A stretch of DNA of 64,000 nt from Eledone cirrhosa (Eukaryota): positions 136,152,001 through 136,216,000 of the forward strand of contig OZ024742.1 in the NCBI GenBank assembly GCA_964016885.1. The letters are read 5' to 3'. The first letter of the stretch is position 1. Every line of letters begins with the position of its first letter. Under the pieces are notes generated by a model. It worked only from the letters and a program-made list of their open reading frames with translations. It made no database searches and was not told the DNA's origin. Shown piece by piece: positions 50,448 through 64,000 of the stretch. A program made the translations under genes and the position numbers.

Positions 50448-51239
50448 GTAAGGTTAACTTGGCTGGAGTTTATCAGAATTCTCAGAGACTCGAACAAAAT
50501 GCCGCACAGTATTTAGTTATGATTGTTTACATACTGCGTTCAGATCCCCCAAAACGAATTTTGCCTTTCATCCCTCCGTGCTCGATAAAATAAAGTACTA
50601 GTCAAGAATGTGGTCAATATAATCGATTTACACATTCTTATTAAAATTGGTTATTGTGCCTAAATTAAAAATCTTTATTATTAATATAAAACCAGCGAAT
50701 GAAGATAGAGGAGTGAGAATTCCACTTTCTTTAAAATTTCACCGATGGCAAATCAGAAAATGAATTTAATCCTAAAAGAAGCCTAAAGAAAAGGACGTTG
50801 AGGACAAAGAAATATGTTTTTCATATTAATTAATCAATAATTTAACTACTTATGTTATTTATTGAACGGCAAATAGTATGTATTCGTACGTATTAAAGAT
50901 CTTAAGATTTGATTCCTAGTGGGGACTATTTCACTCTACTTAATATGCTTATACTCTTGAAGAAAACTTGAACTTAAGTCCTCTCATTTCCTTAATATAT
51001 TGGAGCTTTAAGGGATACTTGTAAAAGACCTGACTATTTGTCTTTGAATATGTGAATATCTGAAAAATTGTTCGCAATAACTCGAAACGATTCACTAAAG
51101 TGTTTTTCATCAGTCAGATTTTCTTTTAGAACTTTTAATCACAGTTTATTAACACGATTTTAAATATTACAACAACTTCTGCTGTTGTTGCTGCTACTGC
51201 TACTACTTTTATAATTATTATATGATAAAGCTGTTTCCA

Positions 51240-51577
51240 GCGGTGGATTGGCAGTATCGGTAGAGCGTCAGGATACATTCTTTGCAGCATAGTTGCGTCC
51301 CTTTACCATATGAGTTCAATTCCCACCAAGGCTGGGTTCGATAAAATAAAGTACTAGCAACACACTAGGGTCGATGTAGTTGACATACCTCTTGCCCAAA
51401 ATTGTTACCCTTGAGCCAAAATCATTATGATGTTAGATTCGTTAGTGTTGGATAAAATATTTTGTGCTCTAAGGTTACAGCTCATTGCATTCAGTGCTGA
51501 AATCCCACCGAGGTTAGCTTAAATGTCTGTTCCTGTTACCTAACATTGCTGGCCTTGTGCCTAATATAGAAACCATT
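51240..51577 (+). mobile_element. Two degenerate tandem SINE family 1 copies
   Basis: ggattggcagtatcggtagag, tcgataaaataaagtac and gctggccttgtgcctaa segments. Confidence 0.7.
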
Positions 51578-51739
51578 GTTGTTGTTTGTGTTCGTTGCTT
51601 TTTGGTGTGATAAATGTATTGTTTACATTTTGAATTAATGCCCCATCAGAATGGAAACTGAGATGAGTAAAACTAGCTGTCAAGTTAAGCACGTCCTCAG
51701 AGGAGCGACCACCAATAGGGCTGTCTGAAGCAGAAGTCA

Positions 51740-51975
51740 GTTACTGTAAACAAAATCATAGCCATGGAGGGGGTCGCGGTCATGTGACTGTATTTTTTCA
51801 GACATTGAGTGTCTGAGGCGGTCCATTATGTAGTGAGAATGGATGTGGTGGAAGGATGGCACATATCTGGTCGTGTGATAAATGTGACAAATGAATGGAG
51901 AGGATTACATGTTCAATCTTGTGCAAAATATATGCCCCAAAACGTTTTCGATTCAGCACATCACGGGAACCTTAC
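51740..51975 (+). mobile_element. Possible decayed Tc1-like transposase fragment
   Basis: Collinear motifs across frames: TV..HGGG, MNGEDY and FSIQH resemble Tc1 TVKHGGG, MN...Y and F.FQQD. Confidence 0.35.
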
Positions 51976-52831
51976 CTGTCGTCTTTTTGGGGGTCACTTC
52001 ACTCAATGATAGACACACCTTACCCCGAAATGTTTCGCTGTTCAGAAGAAAGTGTTTAGACTGCTGGATTAAATGCCTCGCTGTATTGCTATATATCCGT
52101 CTAGATTTTCAGTTTAATTCCTGCTGGAAATATCTTTACCATTGTTATGTCCTATAATGATCGATAAAATATGTAACTCAAAATACTGATGTCGATTCAA
52201 TCGATCAAAGTATACTTTACAAACATGTATGCATGACATTGCATACGTGGGATGAAACAATTTTTAACGTGCATGTAGATTTTGTTATAATGGTGTTGGT
52301 GAGGAAGGGCTATGCGGTATGTATATGGCGCTCTGTCTTTCTACGATATGTCCCTTGTTATGCTGATCAGATATACAATTATGTAATATATATTGTACGT
52401 GTATACCGCCTTTCCGAAGTGATTAATGCATCGATTTAATCGATATGTTGTAGTTCCTCTCACTTCTTCATTTATTGTTCATCCTCTCAATCACGGCTCC
52501 GTTTTCTGGTCATAGTCATTCGCTCTTTCCCACTTCCTGGCTTATATAAACTGTGGATCGATATTGACTAAGCCATTGAAGGCGGTGATCCAGCATGTCC
52601 GCAGTCGAATAACTGTAACTAATACAAAATGTAAAATGTGTGTGTGTGTGTGTGTCTGTCTGTGTGTCTGTGTGTGTGTGTGTGTGTGCTAAGAATCCGT
52701 AGTATATGATATATGCATATATTTATATAGTATAGAGGTAGACATTGTCTATTTCGACATATGAATATGCTAGATAGATTTACGCATTTCCTTATCAATT
52801 GAAATATTCTCTACGATAGTATGTTAGCTCT

Positions 52832-52880
<49 letters not shown>

Positions 52881-52883
<3 letters not shown>

Positions 52884-53512
52884 TAATCGTCCGCTATATC
52901 GCGGTTCACTTTTCGCGGTCCCGCTACATCGCGGATTTTTCTTTGGAAAGTATCTAATTTCCTCTCGCGGCAATCCTCGTTACATCGCGGATTTTTCATT
53001 AGAATATATCTATTTTCTTATCGCGCTACGAACGTCAGAACAAAAAGTGTTTAAAATTTAAACTTATTAAATAAGTTTCGATGTGATTGGAGTGTATAAG
53101 GCAAGGAAGGGTTATCTTAAGGTTTTAACTATAAAAACATGTTTTTATTTTTCATTCCATTACTGTTTTACTGATTGTGTTTTTCTCTAATCTACTACAA
53201 ACCCTTTATAGATTGACGGGAGATGTGCAGTGCATTACTAAGCGGCTAACGTGGCTGGTAATGGTTGTCATTGGTAACTAGTGGTACGGACATTGGTGGT
53301 AGTTTCTATACGATAGTTATTGGCTGGTTTTGGTAGTTAAATATAGAAGTGTGTTTTACTGTGTTTATATGTACCTAAAACGTGCAGGAGAAGTATTTTA
53401 AGACTTAAACTATGAAAACAATGGTTGTCTTTATGGTCTCTCTATATCGCGGATTTTCATTTCTCACGGTTGGCTCTGGAACGTATCCCCCGCGATAAAC
53501 TGGGGATTACTG
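52881..53512. mobile_element. Tigger/pogo-type non-autonomous DNA transposon (MITE)
   Basis: TIRs cagtaatc... / ...gattactg, subterminal atcgcgg repeats, TA on the left and TG on the right. Confidence 0.85.
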
Positions 53513-54223
53513 TGTATATACATATATATAGCGAGAGAGAGACAGAGAGAGATTATGCCTAACCTTGGAATGAGAACAGAAGAGTGAAAACCAAAGAAGG
53601 GATAAAGAAATACAAAGAAATAAATAGCAACCTGAATCGATCTATCGATTTCATTTGGTGAATACAAGTAATCTCGGTAATATAATAGACATAATATATA
53701 TTTTCTACTTTCGCATTGGGCGATTTTTCCTCGTGTATACAAACCAAAAAGTACGAACACACACGAGGAGAAAGAAACACACAATTATTGAAAGCATGTA
53801 ATATTCATTCTGATTTCGTTTTTTTTTCATTTTATTTCTCACAACTAGATCAACATTCCCGTCCGTGTTCAACAAGCCTTTTCACTTATGCGTATAAGTG
53901 TATGTTAATATATGCAGCATTTCTGTTAAATAGATGTGTTTACATAACGTTTATCCGCCACATATAAGCCTCTTTGTACGCCTCTATATGTATAGAGACA
54001 TATATATATGCATACAAGCTCAGGCAGTCTCTACCCTGAAGTATGTGTGGTCATGTCTGTGTATGTATGTTAGGAAACGTGTGCAGGCTGCCATAATTCC
54101 TTTTTACGTTCATTTAATTGATATTCTTACACTCATATATTTATTCATTGGCATTAAATTTTTCGCTCGGGGACAGACACATCCCTTCAAACGTACACAT
54201 TCACATACACTTACACTCACACA

Positions 54224-54330
<107 letters not shown>

Positions 54331-54344
54331 ACATACGTACATAT

Positions 54345-54418
<74 letters not shown>

Positions 54419-54738
54419 GTGTATTAACATAAATTGTGATATTTAACGGCAAATGGAGTAACCGAATCGTAGACATTTTATAATCTATTACGTTTCAGTT
54501 AATGTGAGATGAGATTAATGCAAAAAACAATATAAATAAAATAAAATGAAAAAGATAATTCGCTTTGCCATTTCTAGGAAGAGATTTTTCTGTGCCAACG
54601 ATCGATCTTCTAGAAATAACAGTCTAATCTGCCTCAAAATTCCATCAAATTATAACACACGCGCACACTGGTAAATGTACACCGACTAAAATATTCGAAT
54701 AAGAAAATATATATGTGTTTATATATATATATATGTGG

Positions 54739-54794
<56 letters not shown>

Positions 54795-54834
54795 TCATAT
54801 GTATATACAATAGATGAAACGATGCATCATTGCT

Positions 54835-55070
54835 CTAGTCAATACCCAGGTCCCGTATTGATTTTGATTCAGAGATTTTGATTCCACCTGGTCCAGTGTA
54901 CCTTTGTTGTGGTGGTCCTATGTTTATGGGTTGATAACGGAGGGCTTGAAACTTACCTGTATTAAATTGCATTTTGTTGTCTTCAGCCAATTCGTATATG
55001 GCATCATCAGAATAGCTTGTGACGGAGGCTGTCCGTATTACAGAGGGCATTCCTGAGAGAGCCACTACAA
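54835..55070 (-). mobile_element. CR1/L2-group LINE RT fragment
   Basis: SYSDD (YADD-like) joined to LAEDNKMQFNTGKFQALRY...SIRDLGI. Confidence 0.75.
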
Positions 55071-55591
55071 ACACACATATATATATGTATATATACACTT
55101 TATAGATATATGTATATATGCATATGTATATATACATATGTATGTATATCTGTATATAGGTGTATATATGTATTTATATATGGACATATGTATCTCTATA
55201 TAGGTGCATATATGTATATATATATATATGTATTTATATATGCACTTATATATTTGTATATATCTTTATATATTTGTATATATCTCTATATAGGTGTATA
55301 TACATATAGAGAGAATTATATATATATAGATATGTATTATATATATGCGTATTGTATATATGTGAGTGTGTGTACAAGAAAGAAAAAAATAGATGTACTG
55401 GTCACAGCTTGAATATAAGCTTTTCATTATAAGCCTACTCGATCAGCGATGACCTGGGGCTAAATTACAACAATATGTATATATGCGTCACCACACTATA
55501 TCGTTATTAGCAGGAAGAAATTGTTTTCTTCAGCATCATACATCACACACATATACATTCCTCCATTCGTATATATATGTATGTAATATGT

Positions 55592-55633
<42 letters not shown>

Positions 55634-55648
55634 TCTTTATTTTCTTTT

Positions 55649-55725
<77 letters not shown>

Positions 55726-56017
55726 AAAGAAAATAAGGAATTGTGTGGCTTGATATTTATTTATTGCATGCACTTGTATCGTAAGAAGTAAATCGCTTGA
55801 CCCCTTTCTTAAACAGACATTCCTTCAACGGGCAGTCAGTTATATTGACTTCAGAAGGTCCCGTGTAAATGTCTGAGAGATTTTTTTTAATGTTCATATA
55901 TATAAGAGCTTATGACTCACTCAGCACGACGCATCTATTACCCACCAACACATGTGTGAATATATGTGTGCATATATATATGTGTTTGTATGTGGAAATG
56001 TGTATTTATACAGACAT

Positions 56018-56054
<37 letters not shown>

Positions 56055-56674
56055 GGGGGGGGGTATTTGCGTGTGTGTATGTATGCACATATAATAATGT
56101 CTTCGAAGGATGAAAATCTGATGCTGTATGCCCCAGACATATCTCCCTCTTTGTTATGCTTCTGTTGTCCGTTCGTTCGTTCTTAATACTCGACGGGAAA
56201 AGAAACACCTTTGATGTATTTTCCACAAATGTTTCACCAATGTTTTTAATATGTACATTATTAGTTTCGTATATAAGCGTGTGTCTTGCAGTTCGTATCC
56301 TGTGCTTATTTAATGGCGACCAGAAATAATGTGCTTATTATTATTATTGCATTTGCACAATACTTGCACAATATGCAATGAAGTGTGATCTCTTTCTGTT
56401 GACACTGATCTGCATGTTCATGTATGTGATAAAGTGTACATGTGTGTGTCTGTGTGTGTGTGTTTAAGTTCGACTCTGTTTTATATATTTGCTAATTGCT
56501 TTTTTATGGCAGTTTGAATGTTAGATACCTTTGTGAGTTTATATATTGGAGACCTCTTTGATTTACGTGTGCATCTGAAATTTTGTGTTAATTTGGGTTG
56601 GTTCATTCATATAAATGCACACATACATATGTGTGTGTATGAACGTGTATGTGTAATACGAAAATGCGCATACA

Positions 56675-56708
<34 letters not shown>

Positions 56709-57094
56709 CATATACATACATGTATACATCGGGTAGGGGCGAAAGTGATTGACGAAAACGCTATGCATGAAATGTATATATAAAATAAGTGTCTAACATT
56801 CTAAATGTGGCGCTTGGTAGAAAAAAAATAATGTAGTCAATCGATCTTATAAAGACGCCTACTTCTTTTCTTGGCGTAAATTTAATGAGAAGCAATCAAA
56901 GTAGTGAGATCCTATCTATAGCTTGCAGTGATCTAATTTCTTAACATTATTTAGACAATGCAATGACAGGGGTACTCGTCTTTTTGCCAATTTTGATAAA
57001 GCAAATAATGTTTCGATTTTATTAGATCTCCTCAGCGAGATTTAAACCTGGAATTAGGTGATAATTTCTTGGTTCTGGAAGAAGAGTTAATGTC

Positions 57095-57355
57095 TATGGC
57101 CCTAATATTCTCTTTGAAACCGGTGAGATTTACGCTCCTCGTAAACCTGTGCATGTCGAAAAACATAAATAAGGAAAGATATTCCAGAAGGTCGGTGTTA
57201 TTGGGTTGAAGGTCTATAAATAGTGGTTAGTTGCAAAATGGGAGAAAGATTAGTGCGCAGGGAGTGCCCGAGAGGAGGTGAGGGGGAGACAATGCAATCA
57301 GTTAATAATATAGCAGTAAAGAAAAAAGACAAGCAGATGATCTTTTAGTACCGGT
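57095..57355 (-). mobile_element. Highly decayed LINE ORF2 C-terminus (L2/Jockey-like)
   Basis: TNHYL*TFNPITPTFWNIFP and VNLTGFKENI resemble SFFPRT..LWNSLP and NL..FK motifs. Confidence 0.4.
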
Positions 57356-57394
57356 ATTATACATTTTGATACTACACTTTGATCTTAGCCAATA

Positions 57395-57550
57395 GGGTGG
57401 TTCGTGGCCTAGTGGTAAGGGTGTTGGATTTACGATCATAATGTCGTGAATCCGATTCCTGGACAGGGTTGTGTCTTGTGTTCTTGAGCAAAACACTTCA
57501 TTTCACGTAAACAAAGCTGAAAATGAGTACTAGCAATAGCTGGGGCTTTA
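57395..57550 (+). mobile_element. SINE family 2
   Basis: tggcctagtggtaagg head; tgtgttcttgagcaaaacacttcatttcacg. Confidence 0.75.
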
Positions 57551-57849
57551 ACATTTTACGAGACACATTGTATACGTTTTTAGATTATACAGTCTTGTTT
57601 GTACCTGCTTGAAATACCAGTATGACAAATAACCCCCGACAGTGAAATTCCCTGAAATGACACTCAGTAATCTCAAAAAAGGACATGTTCGATAATGTGG
57701 ACAATGGATCTAATGCTTAGGAGAGAAAAATGAGATAGCCACGGATGAAATGATTTTGATTATAGATTTGATCAATACCGTTTAAGCTGAGATTAAACAA
57801 TAACAAAAGTACTGATCCATGCTGGTGATCGGAATGAATATAACACTGA

Positions 57850-58100
57850 CACCACCACCACAATCACCATCCACACCATCACCACCCCACCACAATCACC
57901 ATCACCACCCCACCACCACCACCATCAACACCATCACCACTCCACCATCACCACCATCACCATCATCACCACCACCACCACCACCACCACCACCACCATC
58001 AACACCGCCACCACCATCAGCACCATAAACACCACCACCACCACCATCACTACTACCACCATCACCACCACTACTACCACTACCACTACTACTACTATAA
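57850..58100. repeat. (CAC/CAT/TAC)n trinucleotide repeat
   Basis: Direct inspection. Confidence 0.9.
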
Positions 58101-58220
58101 ATAGTAAACGTTAACAAGCATTAAATGTGGTAGTAGTGGTAGTAGTAGCAGTAGTGACACCTGAACAAAACTCACTTCGAATTAAATGTAATCAATACAT
58201 GGATTATAATTATATTCACA

Positions 58221-58340
58221 TAATTGTTTCTACTTTTGGCACAAGGCCAGCAAATTAACCAGTACATTACTGGTACTTTATTTTATCGACCCCGTAAGGA
58301 TGAAAGGCAAAGTTAACCTCGGCGGGATTTGAACTCAGAA
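58221..58340 (-). mobile_element. SINE family 1, 3' part
   Basis: Near-identical to 2376-2492. Confidence 0.88.
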
Positions 58341-58506
58341 AGGCAACGCATGCATGTAGATATCTAACTACATACATACGTACATATGCTTGGTGTGTGT
58401 ATGTCTTGGATCTCCATCGATTCCTACTATGAGCATTACACTTGATTAGGCAACGTAACAGCCTCTGCTGTTCATGTGGGATATTCATTTGGGATATTCA
58501 GCAGGA

Positions 58507-58562
58507 TACTGTGATATGGGTAACCTTTGAATTACTGTGATATGGGTAACCTTTGAATTACT
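58507..58562. repeat. Perfect 26-bp tandem duplication
   Basis: tactgtgatatgggtaacctttgaat repeated twice. Confidence 0.9.
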
Positions 58563-58915
58563 AAGTAAATTAGAGCAGCTTGAATTACGGTGTCATGCTC
58601 AAGGACGCACGAACCGCCATGAATCGAACACACAAACTTATGAGCCGAACGCACTAACCTTTAAGCCACGTACTTTCACATATATTACATACACACAAAC
58701 GGAGGAGCGAACAGAAAATTTATGTCACCATAATCCCCGATATAGATATGGAAACTAACATTGATTGAGTGATATAATCGATTGCGTTTTACAGATTAAT
58801 ATGTCCACCACTACCATAACTATAAACATTGTCTTTATATATGTTGGATATGTGTGTGACTGTGTAATTTATGCATACATTTCTCTCTCTCTCTCTCTCC
58901 CTCTCCCTATCCCTC

Positions 58916-58946
<31 letters not shown>

Positions 58947-59112
58947 GTCTATTTATATATATATATATATATATATACATACATACACTTATATATACTT
59001 ATATACTCTTATATATATATATATACTTATATATATATTTATATATATTACATCGCTTATATATATATATATATACACACACAGATGTACGCAACCCACC
59101 CACACCGAATTT

Positions 59113-59181
<69 letters not shown>

Positions 59182-59398
59182 CGTTGCTTATATGTGTTTA
59201 CGCACACCACCAGTCACATGATTCTCTATATTATTTCATCGATAAGTTAATTTGATAGAGGTCACGATAACATTTCAGAACAAGTTTTTTACTCTAGAAT
59301 ATGTTAGGAAGGTCACCGCATTCCTGTAACATTTTACCGTCATATATAATGATTAAGATTATATATGTGTGTATATATATATATGTATGTATGTATAC

Positions 59399-59430
<32 letters not shown>

Positions 59431-59624
59431 GTATATATATATGTATGTATATATATAAGTATATGTATATATTTGTATATTTATATGTATGTGTATATAT
59501 ATATGTGTGTGTGTGTATATGTGTGTGTGTATATAGTATATATGTGTATATATATGTGTATATATATGTGTTTGTATGTATATGTATATATATGTATATA
59601 TATATGTATGTATATGTATATTTG

Positions 59625-59655
<31 letters not shown>

Positions 59656-59979
59656 GTATATAAATATATATATATTTGTATATGTGTATGTATATATATA
59701 TATTCATATGTGAACGTGTATTTTTACAATATTTTTCATTTGTTGTATGCGATTGATTGATTGACTGATCAATAGCTTTCACCGCTGAAGCACAATCCAT
59801 CAGCATGCTAATCTAATGTCTCTTTTGTGAGACTGTTTCACGAAGAAAGAGTTTTTGTTCAGTCATTTTGTATTTATTGTTGCTGCTGCTATTGTTACTT
59901 GTTGTTTGTTGTTGTTTTATCTTTCCCCAAGAAATAATTTCTTTTATGTTAAACCGAGGGAAGAAAATGAAGCGGAAAG

Positions 59980-60017
59980 AGAATGCATGTTATATGCATT
60001 TCTAATTGTATTTACAT

Positions 60018-60076
<59 letters not shown>

Positions 60077-60101
60077 TAGAAATGCATATAACATGCATTC
60101 T
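59980..60101. repeat. Perfect 31-bp inverted repeat bracketing a microsatellite
   Basis: agaatgcatgttatatgcatttctaattgta / tacaattagaaatgcatataacatgcattct. Confidence 0.9.
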
Positions 60102-60174
60102 GAGTACGAGCTGAGGAATCCGCTAAGGTTAAACAATTGTTCTTCGTATGGTGAACTAACTGTTGTGTTACCAC

Positions 60175-60284
<110 letters not shown>

Positions 60285-60352
60285 TAAAATAACAGATTAA
60301 AGTTTAAGCAAAGAATCGCTGCTTTCACCCTTAACGGGATCTTTATTATTAT

Positions 60353-60418
<66 letters not shown>

Positions 60419-60681
60419 GCCCCTTTATAGTTGTGTAATGAAATTTGATAGATGGAAACTGTTTGGAAACTTGTCCGGTGGATTGTACTAGTTATTCATG
60501 AGACAAGCCTTACCACATACCGTTTCATGTTGAATTTCTCTAAGAATTACGTTAAGGATAACTTGTGTGTGTAATGTTCAGCCATTTACACGTTTATTTC
60601 ATAAGTAGGATGTTCCATTGATTGAACAACTGGAACCCGGGATGTTCTTCATTATATACTTTCTATATTCTGTTGTGTGTG

Positions 60682-60712
<31 letters not shown>

Positions 60713-61079
60713 TTTTTTGATATTTGAAGAAAAATTAGTTTCGCACGCATCACCTATAATAAACCTGCTCTTCAAACAAAATGTACTCTCAAGTCGTTGA
60801 TGTGGGCATCTAGCTGTGTTGCTTGGAATGACAATGTTTTTTGAGGTTGATTAGTTTAAGCAGACAGTTGAAGATTACCACTAAATGCACTGGCAAAAGT
60901 CACCATCATACTGTTTTTGACAGCAAGCAACATATTAATTCTAGTACGACAGATGGGGTATCTATCTCCACCATCTAACTACCCCCTTATCTCTTTAGCA
61001 ATTTCACTATTATTTATTACTTGTTGGTAAAGAAACGGCAGTTGGTAGAACAGAAAGAAACTATAAGTGTGTGTGTGTG

Positions 61080-61204
<125 letters not shown>

Positions 61205-61754
61205 ATCTGATTGACTTAAGAAGCATTGGGAAAATTTGAAATGTAGTTAGTCACGCCAACGTAGATGACTAATATAATAGAGAATTTCTATAAATAAAAA
61301 TTGAAAATGGAATAAAGTACGCCAGGAAACGGGGAAAGAAGCAAGCAGGAGCAGCTGTGAGAAACCGATGTAATGATCGATTCTTCGATTGCGCTTTTGT
61401 CTCCCTTTTTCTGTTCCAAGAAGGGTTATATCGAATTTATTTATAAATTATAGGTATCGACTATTTTGTAATTGGGATGAATTAATTTCAAACATGTGTA
61501 TATTGATATGTATCGAAATCAGTACTGTTTCTATGTGTTATCAAATGCTATAATAGTTAGTGAGCGTTATTAAAAATCGGCTAATAATGGCTTTCCTGTG
61601 TTGCGCGCAAAATCAACAATTTAAGACAAGTCACCATTGCATCATTATTATTATTATTCTTTCAACTTCTCGAATTCATTCTCATGCAGTTTATACTGTT
61701 TGTTTAAACATCTTTCTAACCTATACATGTTTCGACTCTACGGGAAAACATTGC

Positions 61755-61836
<82 letters not shown>

Positions 61837-62210
61837 AGTGTGGATGATATGCTTGTACTATTTATTTTTTAGATGCCTATGGTTTAGTTTCATGTTGAAC
61901 ATCATGTGGTAATTGTTTTTATTTATTCGTCGCTAAACCATTGTGTTTATTTATTTACTATTGCTGTTTACTTTTTTCTTTGCATTTAATTATACTGTGC
62001 AGTTCTCTACCCTGTTGGATCACACACACACGCACGCACACACACACACACACACTGGTATCTAACTATTTATGGTAGGGCCACTAACGCTGTTAAAACT
62101 CCATGTAGTCCTGAAGTAATAATTCCAACGAGATCAAGTGATGAGACATTATTTTTGTAGTAGGCTTCCAGCATATCAGATTCCCTTGTATATTCTAAAC
62201 GAGCTAGAGT

Positions 62211-62265
<55 letters not shown>

Positions 62266-63599
62266 TTGTATGTGTATGTATGTATGTATGTATGTGTGTT
62301 GAACAATGAAACTAAGGGCGAAGATTGGTGCTAAATCAATTCATTGTTTTGCGATCGTTTCAGGTTAATTGATCAGGAATTGTCGATATAGTGACTAACT
62401 GATAGTGGTTATGTAACCACATATCATAAGTCTCGATATTTCAGATCCATCTCACCGTCATTTTCGAAGGTTATTCAAAAAGAGAGATTTGAATAGGGTA
62501 CAAGAAGAGACGTTTCAATAGAGTACATTTCTGGGCTACATCTTGTTCTCGCGAATATGTTCCAGATCAGAAAGATCATATAATATTACTTACAATCTAC
62601 TGGCATCCTACCCAGGAGAATATTGATCTATCATCTACTACACGCTTTTAATTCGTATCCAAACACCAGTCCTAGACAAAATTTCGTTTTGAGGAATGCT
62701 TTTATATTTTTTAATTTGTTCTACACAACGAAGAAAACTGAATGAAGCCTATAGAATTAATAGAACTGAGAACCAACGAGTTGATAGTGCAATATTGCTA
62801 GTTACCTGACACTTTGTATTCTACTCACCAACATCAGTATATTAATATTTATTACATTGCTTATGTGGTTGTTTTACTATTATATTATCAAACACTATTT
62901 TTTAATAACTCTGTCTTAGAAACAGGCTCCAGTACGGAAAAATTGATTTCATTTGTTCAGCAACCAGTCAATTTCTTTTTTTAGCAATGAAGGATTTATA
63001 GTTGAATGAATCGATCCAACATATTACTGGTAATTATTTTATCGGCTAGTAAGTAGCAATTAAATAGGAAGTCGAATTTGGCATCTCATACAATCTATTT
63101 CTACTACGAAAATGTTTTCTTCCAAATCGTTCAATACCAAAGCTGTGATTTAGTTTCTAGTACCAAATTGTAATGTGCAAGCTTTCCAAGCCATTTACTC
63201 TTTAGTAGTAAATTATTATACACCACCGCTAGTTTTTCTAAATCGTTAGTTACCATTTCCAAAGCTCATTATTTCCAAGAAATTCGTATTTTTTTCTTTA
63301 TTTCCCTATGTATTCAATTTCAAATTGTTAATTTATTCTCCATTAACAAACAAACTGTTGGCTTCAACCGCTTGTCATTTTCCCTCCCAGTTCCAAACTA
63401 TTATTTACAACCATTATTTCTTCCATTAATCTTATCTTGTTATTTCCAGTGCTGTTCGCTCTTACTTTGCTTTCCAAAACGTTGTTGTCTAGTCAATATG
63501 TCTGAAAATATTTCCGTCTCGAATATTGCATGTACCTCAGTCATTCCAAAAGCTTAAATTACCAAAAAGTTCTTTAAATAGTTCCCACACATATGGAAA

Positions 63600-63965
63600 G
63601 GAATCGACCTCCGTCGGTTTCGACGTGATTGTTTCAGTAGTTCTGTTACGTGTACGTAGGATACTTCAGGAACGTATACATTGAAACTGATTTTCAGGGA
63701 TATTCAGCGTCCTCCGTTGGTTGCTACGTGATTGTTCCAATAGTTCCGTAAAATATACGCAGCTGAGTATACCAAATACACGTGTACCCTTAAACTTATT
63801 CTCAGGGAGATTCAGCGTGATACAAGAACATTTCATTCGACGATCTGTCAAATTTCACCCACAAGGCATGGAACGACTCTAGGCTATTGTAAGTTACACC
63901 TATCCAAGATGCCACGCTGTACGACAGAAGCCGAGATATGATTCCGAAGCAAACTTATTAAACGT
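63600..63965 (-). mobile_element. Degenerate SINE with gaatctccctgagaa body, partly duplicated
   Basis: cagggatattcagcgt and cagggagattcagcgt are reverse complements of the motif near 8533-8550. Confidence 0.6.
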
Positions 63966-64000
63966 TAGTCTATATAGCGTTCTTTTCTTCTTGAAATATA

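Noticed and set aside
57819-58117. Poly-Pro and poly-Gly ORFs
   Set aside because: Derived from a (CAC)n repeat with no exon support

Overview
AT-rich, extremely microsatellite-dense eukaryotic non-coding DNA. The repeat repertoire suggests a coleoid cephalopod, most likely Octopus (inferred from recognised repeats, not from a search). No intact protein-coding gene is supported; nearly all listed ORFs are translations of (AT)n, (CA)n or (CT)n tracts. The window holds many tRNA-derived SINE copies (Meta/MESC-like and CORE-like families), decayed LINE fragments (CR1/L2-group, RTE, possibly Tx1), a Tigger/pogo-type MITE and a possible Tc1 remnant. The most notable signal is a set of short dispersed elements from several sequence families carrying type I hammerhead-ribozyme motifs with palindromic stem III regions. 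They often form head-to-head inverted repeats whose junction falls in the ribozyme, and most abut (AT)n tracts. One copy (37951-38003) has a complete hammerhead fold. The architecture fits Penelope-like pseudo-LTR remnants or a retrozyme-like non-autonomous system.
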